Shown piece by piece: positions 9,276 to 17,840 of a stretch of DNA of 64,000 bases. The notes beneath the pieces are model-generated. The model worked only from the letters and a program-made list of their open reading frames with translations, was not told the origin of the DNA and ran no database searches. Location: positions 176,415 to 240,414 of the forward strand of contig JAVVEA010000002.1 of the NCBI GenBank assembly GCA_032250835.1, read 5' to 3'. Within the stretch, counting starts at the first letter, position 1; every line of letters starts with the position of its first letter. This DNA is from a bacterium (GTDB taxonomy: Bacteria; SAR324; XYD2-FULL-50-16). The position numbers and the translations under genes are program-made.

Positions 9276-9289
9276 CGTTATAGGCCCCC

Positions 9290-10246
9290 ATGTACGTTTT
9301 GGAATTTGAAAAGCCCATTGTGGCGCTTCGGGCGAAGATCGAAGAACTCCGTTCGATGATGGAAGACGGAAACTTAGAAGGTTCTGAAGAGATTGAGCGG
9401 CTTGAGCAGAAGGCCGCTCGTTTAGAAGAAGAAACCTTCAAAAACCTAAGCAACTGGGATAAGACCCTGCTAGCGCGCCACCCCGGCCGCCCAGACACCC
9501 TAGACTTCATTGAACTGGCCACCGAAGATTTCCAGGAATTACACGGCGACCGAGCTTACCGCGATGACCCGGCGATTGTCGGCGGCTTTTGCCGGATTGA
9601 TGGCCAGCGGTTTTTGGTGGTTGGCCACCAGCGGGGCCGCAACACCGCCGAAAACGTGCGCCGTAACTTTGGCATGGCCCACCCCGAAGGCTACCGCAAG
9701 GCCTTGCGGTTGATGAAGACCGCCGAACGGTTTGGGATACCCATCTTGACGCTGATCAATACTAAGGGTGCCTATCCCGGCATGAGTGCCGAAGAGCGCG
9801 GCCAGAGCGAAGCTATTGCGGTCAACTTGCGCGAGATGGCCGCTATGACGGTGCCCATCATTGCTGTGGTGATCGGCGAAGGCGGCTCCGGCGGAGCCTT
9901 GGCCTTGGGCGTGGCCAACCGGGTTTTGATGTTTGAACATTCCATCTATTCGGTGATCAGCCCCGAGGGCTGCGCCTCGATCCTTTTTAACGATTCTACC
10001 CGCGCCCAAGAAGCCGCCACGGCGCTTAAGTACACCGCTAAGGAATTACAGAAGTTCAAGATCATCGATGGGATCGTCCCCGAGCCCATCGGCGGAGCCC
10101 ACGCCAATCCTCAAGAGGCGATGGACAGCTTGAAAAAGGCGGCGTTGCGCCACCTGACCCAATTAGAGAATTTAACCAGCGACGAACTGATCGAGGACCG
10201 CTATGAGAAATTCCGGCAAATCGGGGTCTTTGCCGAAAGCGAATAG
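9290..10246 (+). CDS. accA: Acetyl-CoA carboxylase carboxyltransferase alpha subunit
   Basis: 318 aa. LDFEKPIVALRAKIEEL-type N-terminus, and PEGYRKALRLMKTAERFGIPILTLINTKGAYPG matching AccA. Confidence 0.95.
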   Translation: MYVLEFEKPIVALRAKIEELRSMMEDGNLEGSEEIERLEQKAARLEEETFKNLSNWDKTLLARHPGRPDTLDFIELATEDFQELHGDRAYRDDPAIVGGFCRIDGQRFLVVGHQRGRNTAENVRRNFGMAHPEGYRKALRLMKTAERFGIPILTLINTKGAYPGMSAEERGQSEAIAVNLREMAAMTVPIIAVVIGEGGSGGALALGVANRVLMFEHSIYSVISPEGCASILFNDSTRAQEAATALKYTAKELQKFKIIDGIVPEPIGGAHANPQEAMDSLKKAALRHLTQLENLTSDELIEDRYEKFRQIGVFAESE

Positions 10247-10251
10247 GCTCT

Positions 10252-11586
10252 ATGAGCGGCCTGTTTCTTACCGCCAATGAATGGGCCTTAGTGGCTCCCG
10301 GTCAGCAGCTGCGCGTTCCGCGCAGCGAGCCGTTGGATGTGGGCTTGGCCGGGTTTTTTGCTCAAGCGGCACAATTGCTCTCGCCGGACGCCCGCAAGCT
10401 GGATCTAGTCATAGACCAGAGCCTCTTCCATTTTCTCTCCCTACGCCTGCCGCTGTCGGCGGCCCGCAGACTCCAAGCACTCCTGCCTTTTGAACTAGAA
10501 AACCACCTGCTGATGCCGGTCGCGAAGCTGAATCTGCCCTATGAGCGCCGCCTAGATAAACAGCAGTCGGTGACCTGGGTGGCTATCTACGGGGTAGAGC
10601 GCGAATGGCTGGCTCATCTACGGAAGTTGGCGGGTGAGGCGGGCTTGGAGCTAAAGCGGGTCTTTGCTCTAGAGAACTTATTGGGGCTCGAAATGCCTCC
10701 GCAGGCTAGTGGCCTGCACTTACGGTTATGCCTGGAGTCCGGCTTGGCCCGCTTGCTGCTCTACCGCGACGGCTTTCCTACCGCCTTCAGTAGCCTGGAA
10801 ATCGCCGAAGGGGAAGGCTTTGAGGCCTATCAAGCCTGGGTCAAGGACCTCAATGCCGTGATCGCCGCTGCTGGTTTGGAAGAAGGAGCTTTAAACCTAA
10901 GCTTGGACCGCAGCGCCCAGTTGTATTTTGAGGTCGAGGACAACCGACTGCAACTGCGCCAACCCTTTGAACCCAAACCACTGCCCTCGGCGGCAAGGGC
11001 CGAACTGTTGGCCCCGGCTTTGCTCAAGCGCAAAGGCTTGGTTCCTTTGATGGCCGAGCAGGGGGCTTGGCGCAAAGAAATCATCAAACATAAAAGCCAA
11101 TTGATCCGCACAAGCGGCTTTGCTGCGGGCTTGGGTTTGCTCTGGGTCTTATGGTTAGGGTTGGGGCTAGTTCAGGGCAATAAACAGGTAGCCCGCCTAC
11201 AAGCTCAGTATGCCCAAGCCTTGTCCCAAGTAGCCCCGGGCCTGAACCCGACCAATGGATTAGAAGTATTGCAAGAACGGGTGGCCAGCCTCAAAGGCAG
11301 CGCCGCCGGCACTGCGGCGGAGCCCTACCTCAACAGCCGCCGGTTAGCCGAGTTATCAAGTCTACGCGAAAAGGCCCCCAGCTTTGAGTTGAAGCGCCTC
11401 TCGGCGAAAGGCAAAGATTGGACGTTAACGGGCAAAACCACCTCGGCACAGGACTTAGAAAAGGCCAAAGTCGAATTGCAGCGTCTCTTTCCGGCCGAAA
11501 GCTACGGCATGAGTCTTTCGCAACAAGCCAAAGGAGACTCTGAGGTTAACTTTTCGATCAGTCTAGTCCACAAGGGGGGCCGATGA
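10252..11586 (+). CDS. gspL: Type II secretion system protein L (GspL-like)
   Basis: Cytoplasmic domain with LLPFELENHLL and WVAIYGVEREWLAHLRKLAGEAGLELKRVFALENLL, resembling the GspL ALPFALEEQL / WLxxLxxAGL pattern. Single transmembrane helix near residue 285 (FAAGLGLLWVLWLGLGLV), then a ~140-aa periplasmic tail. Confidence 0.55.
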   Translation: MSGLFLTANEWALVAPGQQLRVPRSEPLDVGLAGFFAQAAQLLSPDARKLDLVIDQSLFHFLSLRLPLSAARRLQALLPFELENHLLMPVAKLNLPYERRLDKQQSVTWVAIYGVEREWLAHLRKLAGEAGLELKRVFALENLLGLEMPPQASGLHLRLCLESGLARLLLYRDGFPTAFSSLEIAEGEGFEAYQAWVKDLNAVIAAAGLEEGALNLSLDRSAQLYFEVEDNRLQLRQPFEPKPLPSAARAELLAPALLKRKGLVPLMAEQGAWRKEIIKHKSQLIRTSGFAAGLGLLWVLWLGLGLVQGNKQVARLQAQYAQALSQVAPGLNPTNGLEVLQERVASLKGSAAGTAAEPYLNSRRLAELSSLREKAPSFELKRLSAKGKDWTLTGKTTSAQDLEKAKVELQRLFPAESYGMSLSQQAKGDSEVNFSISLVHKGGR

Positions 11587-12059
11587 TGGACCGGTTGAAC
11601 CCGAGGGAGCGCCTATTGGCCTATCTGGCTTTAGGCCTCTTAGGCCCGCTGATTTTATTTCGGTTGGTTTTGTTTCCTTTAATGGATCTGCGTGACCAAT
11701 ACCAAGCCAAGGCGGCCCGTCTGGAGAAACAGGTCCTTTTGGTGCGGCAACTAGGGGGCGAATTGCGCCAGTTACAAGCCAGCCAGCCCCAGCGCGCCGA
11801 AAGCTTAAATGGGCGGATTGGGCGAGTGTTAAGGGAATTGGATGTATTAGAGCGCGCCAGCTTGGCCAGCCAAAATGCCCAGGGCGGGGTCCAGAGTCTC
11901 TTGGTGCAGCTTGACAACCTAACCCTTTACGAGGCTTCGGCCGTGGTCTACCAGACCGAACATTTAAGGCCCCAGATACAAATCGAAAATCTTGACCTGA
12001 TGGTGAGTTTCCAAAATTCCGAGCGACTTAAGCTCTCGATGGTGGTGAGCGCGCCATGA
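11583..12059 (+). CDS. GspM-like inner-membrane protein
   Basis: 158 aa with one N-terminal transmembrane helix. Translationally coupled to gspL (ATGATG overlap). Size and topology fit GspM. Confidence 0.4.
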   Translation: MMDRLNPRERLLAYLALGLLGPLILFRLVLFPLMDLRDQYQAKAARLEKQVLLVRQLGGELRQLQASQPQRAESLNGRIGRVLRELDVLERASLASQNAQGGVQSLLVQLDNLTLYEASAVVYQTEHLRPQIQIENLDLMVSFQNSERLKLSMVVSAP

Positions 12060-12901
12060 TCAAGCGCCTCAAACTATTGGGCTGGGTCTTGGCTTGGCTG
12101 ATGTTCTTTTGGTGGGCCTTTTGGCTCACCCTGGATGGTCGGATCTTAGAGCGCTTGATTGAACGGCAGGTCAACCCCCAGCTAGAGTTTGGTCGTCTTG
12201 ATCTGCAAGGAGTCGAGACCACTTGGTTTGGTTTGAAAGCCGAGACGGTGGTGTTCATCGGAAACTCTGCCTTGCCTTTGCTGCAGGTGCAAGAGTTGAG
12301 TCTGAGTTGGGCTCCTTGGTACCTTTTAAGAGGCCGGTTGGGGCTGGGTGCAAGGCTCTACGAAGGTTCCTTGGAAGCTCAATGGGTACTCTATTCAGGG
12401 CGCTTTGAATTGGCAGGTGAAGGCATAAGGCCGAACCGGAACCTAAGGTTGCGCGAAAAGGGACTGATCGCCAGCAACCCCAAATTGGATTTTGCCGCTT
12501 CAACCGGCCTATGGGGCCCGCCTCGCGGAACGCTGGAACTGACCTTGAAGGAATTAAAGCTTTCGGGCAAAACAGAACAGACCGGCTTGGTCATCGACCT
12601 GCCCAACACCTCCTTTGATGCGTTGAGCCTCAAAGCCCGGTGGCAGGAGGTCCAATTGGAATTAGAAGGCCAGACTCAAGGGGATATAAACGCCCAGGTA
12701 ACCGGGCAGGTGGTTCTTGATTGGAACCGAATGGAGAGCTCTCGCTTGAATTTACGGCTGAGCGCGGCCCTGCTACCCGCTTTTGAAGAGCAGTTGGATG
12801 GCTTGGTCAAATCACTATTGTCCGCCTACCGCAATGCGGAAGGCCGAATTTCTGTCGAATTGAGCGGGCCCGCCAGAGTTCCGCAGATCAAAAGGATTTG
12901 A
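12056..12901 (+). CDS. GspN-like protein
   Basis: 281 aa with an N-terminal transmembrane helix (LLGWVLAWLMFFWWAFWL). Coupled by ATGA overlap to the previous gene. Position and topology fit GspN. Confidence 0.35.
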   Translation: MIKRLKLLGWVLAWLMFFWWAFWLTLDGRILERLIERQVNPQLEFGRLDLQGVETTWFGLKAETVVFIGNSALPLLQVQELSLSWAPWYLLRGRLGLGARLYEGSLEAQWVLYSGRFELAGEGIRPNRNLRLREKGLIASNPKLDFAASTGLWGPPRGTLELTLKELKLSGKTEQTGLVIDLPNTSFDALSLKARWQEVQLELEGQTQGDINAQVTGQVVLDWNRMESSRLNLRLSAALLPAFEEQLDGLVKSLLSAYRNAEGRISVELSGPARVPQIKRI

Positions 12902-12902
12902 G

Positions 12903-13928
12903 ATGAAACGCTGGATTATTATCCTGGCTATCCTGGGGCTATTGTTGCCTGCTGGGTTGGGCCTTTGGCTGGTTGGTGGCTTAAACAGCGGCTACCAGGG
13001 ATATAGCGGCCCCGCTGCCGAGGTGGCCATTGAAAGCGGCATGAGTTTGGGGCATATTGCGGCCACCCTCAGCCAAGCTGGGGTGATCGAATCCGCCCGC
13101 CTCTTTAAGCTCGGTGCCCGACTGCGTGGTAAGGCCACCCTTTTTAAGCGTGGTTACTACCGCTTTGAGGGGGCTTTAAGTCCCTTAGAGGTGATGGACA
13201 TCTTAGAAGAGGGCCGCGAATTATTGGTCAAAGTGACGCTGCCCGAGGGGACCCGGATGCGCGATATCTTTGCGGCGGTCCAGGCGGCGGGCATCAAGAA
13301 CGAAGGGCGGTACGAGGATTGGGCCCAGGACCGGGGCTTTATCAAAAGCCTGAACCTGCCGGTCCAGCCGCCGCATCTTGAGGGCTTTTTGTTCCCTGAA
13401 ACCTATAGCTTCAGCCCCCGGGCCGACGAACGAAAGGTGATCTCGAGTATGGTCGAGATGTTTTTGCAGAAGATCCCCGGTGACTATGCCCGCCGGGCCG
13501 AGATGGTGGGGCTGAGTTGGTATCAGGCAGTGGTCCTGGCTTCGATCATCGAAAAGGAGACGGGCCGCGCCGAGGAACGTCCGGTGATCTCTTCAGTCTT
13601 CCATAACCGTTTGGCCCGAGGGATGAAGCTACAGACCGACCCCACCGTGATCTACGGCATTTCGGATTACCAAGGCAACATCCGGCGCAAACACCTCAAG
13701 GACAAAAATCCTTACAATACCTACGTGATCAACGGCCTACCGCCGACCCCCATCGCCAGCCCCGGCTTGGGGGCTTTAGACGCGGCCGTTGAGCCGGCGC
13801 AGACCAGCTATTTGTATTTTGTCGGCAAGGGCGACGGCAGCCATCATTTCACCACCAATTACGCCGACCACCAGCGGGCAGTGAAAAAGTACCAGCTGCG
13901 CCGTAGGCAAGACTACCGTTCCTATTGA
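12903..13928 (+). CDS. mltG: Endolytic murein transglycosylase MltG (YceG family)
   Basis: N-terminal transmembrane helix, YceG-like domain. Starts 1 nt after the gspN-like stop. Confidence 0.8.
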   Translation: MKRWIIILAILGLLLPAGLGLWLVGGLNSGYQGYSGPAAEVAIESGMSLGHIAATLSQAGVIESARLFKLGARLRGKATLFKRGYYRFEGALSPLEVMDILEEGRELLVKVTLPEGTRMRDIFAAVQAAGIKNEGRYEDWAQDRGFIKSLNLPVQPPHLEGFLFPETYSFSPRADERKVISSMVEMFLQKIPGDYARRAEMVGLSWYQAVVLASIIEKETGRAEERPVISSVFHNRLARGMKLQTDPTVIYGISDYQGNIRRKHLKDKNPYNTYVINGLPPTPIASPGLGALDAAVEPAQTSYLYFVGKGDGSHHFTTNYADHQRAVKKYQLRRRQDYRSY

Positions 13929-14003
13929 GCCAGCCCTTGACGGGGCTGGTGAATCAGGCGAAACTGAAACCTATTACGATTTTAAACCCCAACAAGACAC
14001 AAA

Positions 14004-15146
14004 ATGAGTGAACCTGGAAACCCCTGGGGCAACCGCGGGGGAAAAAAGCCAGCCGATTTGGACGAATTGATCGCCAAGGGGCTCAAAAACCTTTTTGGCG
14101 GCGGCGGCAAAAAACCGGGCCCAATGGGTACCGGCGGCGGCGGTCCAAAGGACGCCAGCCCGAAGAACCTGGGCGGAATGGCCCTGTTGCTGGTCTTCGG
14201 TTTGATGGCCTATCTCTCAGTGTACCAGATCCAACCGGGCGAACAGGGGGTGATCCTCCGGTTCGGGCAGTTCCATAACACCAGCCAACCGGGCTTGAAC
14301 TTCCTGATCCCTTTCATCGAAAAGGTGATTAAGGTGGATGTAGAAACGATCCGTAAAGAAGAATTCGGTACCACCCGCACCACCAACCGCTTCGGTGAGC
14401 CGGTCTCGAATTCGGGCACGGACCTTCAGTCACTGATGCTCACGGCTGATTTAAACGTAATCCAGCTCAACTGGGTGGTTCAGTTTAAGATCCGCGACCC
14501 GGAGATGTTTTTATTTAACATCGAAAGCCCCCGGGCTGCGGTGCGTGACATCAACGAAGCGGTGGTCCGCCGATTGGTGGGCAACCGGGACTTCAACTAT
14601 GTCTTAAACAACCGCGAAGAACTGGCCGAATCGACCCGCCAAGAAATGCAGGACGTTTTAGACTCCTATAACTCCGGCATCCAGTTGGTGACCGTGCAGT
14701 TATTGGACGTGAACCCGCCCGACCCGGTGCGCCCCAGTTTTAACGAAGTCAACGAGGCCGAACAAGACAAGATCCGCTTGGGCAACGAGGCCCAGCAAGA
14801 GGCCAACCGACGCCTACCTAAGGCCAAGGGTACGGCCCGACAGATGGTCGAAGAGGCCGAAGGTTACGCCATCGAAAAGCTAAACAACGCGCGCGGTGAC
14901 TCGGGCCGTTATCAGGCGATTCTTGCTCAGTATAAAAAGGCCAAAGACGTCACCCGCACCCGGATTTATTTAGAGACGCTTAAAGAAGCGTTGCCCCAGG
15001 TGCAAGAGGTGATCATCGTGGACCAAACCAACAAGGGGATGACCCCGTTGATCAATATCGGCGCCGCAGCCGCGATCAACAACCAGAAGGCCGCAACCCA
15101 AACGACCAGCCCGACGACGACCTCGTCGAGCAGTCAAACCAACTAG
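14004..15146 (+). CDS. hflK: HflK (SPFH/band-7 modulator of FtsH)
   Basis: Gly-rich N-terminus, single transmembrane helix, band-7 domain, C-terminal Thr/Ser tail. Followed by hflC. Confidence 0.9.
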   Translation: MSEPGNPWGNRGGKKPADLDELIAKGLKNLFGGGGKKPGPMGTGGGGPKDASPKNLGGMALLLVFGLMAYLSVYQIQPGEQGVILRFGQFHNTSQPGLNFLIPFIEKVIKVDVETIRKEEFGTTRTTNRFGEPVSNSGTDLQSLMLTADLNVIQLNWVVQFKIRDPEMFLFNIESPRAAVRDINEAVVRRLVGNRDFNYVLNNREELAESTRQEMQDVLDSYNSGIQLVTVQLLDVNPPDPVRPSFNEVNEAEQDKIRLGNEAQQEANRRLPKAKGTARQMVEEAEGYAIEKLNNARGDSGRYQAILAQYKKAKDVTRTRIYLETLKEALPQVQEVIIVDQTNKGMTPLINIGAAAAINNQKAATQTTSPTTTSSSSQTN

Positions 15147-15154
15147 GAAACCAA

Positions 15155-16084
15155 ATGAACAAACAGGTAACCGCCCTGGTGGGCTTACTGGCACTCTTGT
15201 TCGTCGGGTTCAACTCGCTCTTTGTGATCAACGAAGGCGAACAAGCGGTGATCACCCGCTTTGGTGAACCCGTGCGTGGCCCCGTGGCTAAGGCTGGTCT
15301 CTACTTTAAGATCCCCATGGTCGAGAAGATCCATCTCTTCGACAAGCGGATCCTTAAATGGGACGGCGACCCCAACGAAATCCCCACGAAGGATAAAAAA
15401 TATATCTGGGTGGATACGACCGCTCGGTGGAAGATCGTAGACCCCCTGTTGTTCTTGCAGCGTATGGGCAGCATGAACCGGGCGAATATGACCATGTCCG
15501 ACTTGATCAACGGTGCCGTGCGCGACTTTGTGACCAAAAACAACTTGGTAGAAATCGTGCGTAGCTCCGACTGGGACGCTCAGTACATGATGACCACCGA
15601 AGAAGCCCGCGCCACCCAGGCGGTAAAGGTGGGCCGTGATGGTTTCTCGACCTTGGTCTTGAACACCGTGGCTGGTCGGGTTTCGGATTTTGGTATTGAG
15701 TTGCTTGACGTCTTGGTCAAGCGGGTCAATTATACCGACCAAGTCCGCGAAAAGGTTTATGCCCGGATGATCTCCGAGCGGAACCGGATTGCCACCCAGC
15801 GCCGCTCTGAAGGTGAGGCTGTAAAGGCCCAAATCTTGGGTGAAACCGAAAAAGAAATGAAACAGGTGATTTCTACGGCTTACAAAAGCTCACAGGAAAT
15901 CCGGGGTAAAGCCGATGCCGAGGCGACCAAAATCTTCGGTGAAGCCTTTAACAGTGATCCTGAGTTTTACCGCTTCATCGCCACCATGGAAGCCTACAAA
16001 ACCACCTTGGGGAAAAACACCCGCTTGGTGATCGACGCGCAGTCGCCGTTGTATAACTTCTTGGCTGGCGGCAAGGGCCGCTAA
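15155..16084 (+). CDS. hflC: HflC
   Basis: N-terminal transmembrane helix plus band-7 domain. Canonical hflK-hflC pairing. Confidence 0.9.
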   Translation: MNKQVTALVGLLALLFVGFNSLFVINEGEQAVITRFGEPVRGPVAKAGLYFKIPMVEKIHLFDKRILKWDGDPNEIPTKDKKYIWVDTTARWKIVDPLLFLQRMGSMNRANMTMSDLINGAVRDFVTKNNLVEIVRSSDWDAQYMMTTEEARATQAVKVGRDGFSTLVLNTVAGRVSDFGIELLDVLVKRVNYTDQVREKVYARMISERNRIATQRRSEGEAVKAQILGETEKEMKQVISTAYKSSQEIRGKADAEATKIFGEAFNSDPEFYRFIATMEAYKTTLGKNTRLVIDAQSPLYNFLAGGKGR

Positions 16085-16092
16085 TTTTCGTC

Positions 16093-16116
16093 AGCTCCCG
16101 GCGTTCGTCGGGAGCT
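16093..16116 (+). terminator. Hairpin after hflC (AGCTCCCG-8nt-CGGGAGCT), weak T-tail
   Basis: Perfect 8 bp stem read from the sequence. No strong T-run. Confidence 0.3.
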
Positions 16117-16170
16117 TAAACCCCATAGGGGGCTGGGGATTCTACCAAACCATCAAAAATAAAACGGAAC

Positions 16171-17103
16171 ATGATCCGAGCGATCGAACTCAGAAAGAGT
16201 TATGGCAATCTTGCCGCGGTCGATGGTATCTCCTTTGAGGTACAACGCGGTGAAATTCTGGGCTTCTTGGGCCCCAATGGGGCGGGCAAGTCCACCACTA
16301 TGCGGATGTTGACCGGCTATATAGAGCCCAGTTCGGGCCAAGCCATGGTGGCGGGCTTTGATCTGGCCACGGAACCCAAAGCGGCGAAGCGGAAGATCGG
16401 CTACCTGCCCGAAAGCGCAGCTAGCTACCCGGCCATGACGGTCTTAGAATACCTGCATTTCTGCGCCGAGTTGCGCGGCATCGTTGAGCCCGCCCGTCAG
16501 GCGGCGGTGCAAGCGGCAATGGAAAAGACCCAACTCTTTAGCGCGGCTAATAAAACCATCGCCACCCTCTCGAAGGGCTACCGCCAAAGGGTCGGCTTTG
16601 CTCAGGCGTTGGTCCACGACCCGCCGGTATTGATCCTCGACGAGCCCACCGATGGCTTGGACCCCAACCAAAAACACGAAGTCCGTCAGTTGATCCGCCA
16701 AATGGCCCAAGACAAGGCCATCCTGCTTTCTACCCATATCTTAGAAGAAGCCGAAGCAGTCTGCGACCGGGTGCTGGTGATCCACCGGGGACGCATCTGT
16801 GCTTCGGGAACCCCAGCGGAACTGCTGACCCGGTCTAGCCTATACCAGGCCGTCGAATTCCGCCCGCTCCGACCCTTGAGCGAGGCCGAGCAGGCACAGC
16901 TTAAGGGTCTTGAAGGGGCTAAGGAACTGGTAATTAGCGAACAGCCAGGGCTTTGGCGACTCCTGCCCCAACCGGGGGCCAACCTCTTAAGCGCCGTCAC
17001 TAGGCTCTTAAGCGAACTGGGCCAAGGGCCCGAAGAGATCTATCTACTGAAAGGACGGATGGACGAGGTCTTCCGTAACCTGACCGCCCAGGAGGCCCCA
17101 TGA
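16171..17103 (+). CDS. ABC transporter ATP-binding protein (GldA-like)
   Basis: Walker A GPNGAGKST, ABC signature, Walker B ILDEPT. Confidence 0.9.
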   Translation: MIRAIELRKSYGNLAAVDGISFEVQRGEILGFLGPNGAGKSTTMRMLTGYIEPSSGQAMVAGFDLATEPKAAKRKIGYLPESAASYPAMTVLEYLHFCAELRGIVEPARQAAVQAAMEKTQLFSAANKTIATLSKGYRQRVGFAQALVHDPPVLILDEPTDGLDPNQKHEVRQLIRQMAQDKAILLSTHILEEAEAVCDRVLVIHRGRICASGTPAELLTRSSLYQAVEFRPLRPLSEAEQAQLKGLEGAKELVISEQPGLWRLLPQPGANLLSAVTRLLSELGQGPEEIYLLKGRMDEVFRNLTAQEAP

Positions 17104-17837
17104 ACGAAATCAAGGCGCTCTATAAAAAGGAATTGGTCGGCTATTTCCATTCGCCGGTGGCCTACGTGTTCATGATCATCTTCCTGCTCAGTACCGTGGG
17201 CACCACCTTTTTTTTGGGCAAGTTTTTTGAGTCCAATCAAGCCAGCCTGGAACGGTTCTTTTTGTTCCATCCCTGGCTTTACCTCTTTTTGATCCCCGCG
17301 GTGGGCATGGGCCTTTGGGCTGAGGAGCGCAGCCAGGGGACGCTGGAATTACTCTTTACGCTACCCATCAGCTTGCCCGAAGCGGTGGTGGCTAAGTTTA
17401 TGGCCGCCTGGAGTTTCGTAGGTCTGGCGTTGGCCTTGACCTTCCCGATGGTCTTGACGGTATATTATTTGGGCACACCGGACCCCGGCGTGATCGCTGC
17501 CAGTTATTTGGGCAGTTTTTTGATGGCCGGGGGCTATTTGGCGATCACCAGCGTGACCAGTGCCTTGACCCGCAATCAGGTGATTGCCTTTATTTTGAGC
17601 GTGATCCTCTGCTTTATGTTGGTCCTAGCGGGCTGGGGGATTTTCGTGGAATTGCTGAACCACTTCCTGCCCCTTTGGTTGACCGAAGGGTTGTCGCGCT
17701 TTAGCTTCACCACCCATTTTGAAGCGATCACCAAAGGGGTGATCGACCTGCGCGATTTGGTTTTTTTCTTCTCTTTGATCTTTGGGGGGCTCGCGGCGAC
17801 GACGCTGGTCTTAGAACACAAAAGAGGGAGGGATTAA
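17100..17837 (+). CDS. ABC-2 type permease (GldF-like)
   Basis: Six transmembrane helices. ATGA-coupled to the ATPase. Confidence 0.85.
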   Translation: MNEIKALYKKELVGYFHSPVAYVFMIIFLLSTVGTTFFLGKFFESNQASLERFFLFHPWLYLFLIPAVGMGLWAEERSQGTLELLFTLPISLPEAVVAKFMAAWSFVGLALALTFPMVLTVYYLGTPDPGVIAASYLGSFLMAGGYLAITSVTSALTRNQVIAFILSVILCFMLVLAGWGIFVELLNHFLPLWLTEGLSRFSFTTHFEAITKGVIDLRDLVFFFSLIFGGLAATTLVLEHKRGRD

Positions 17838-17840
17838 GCC

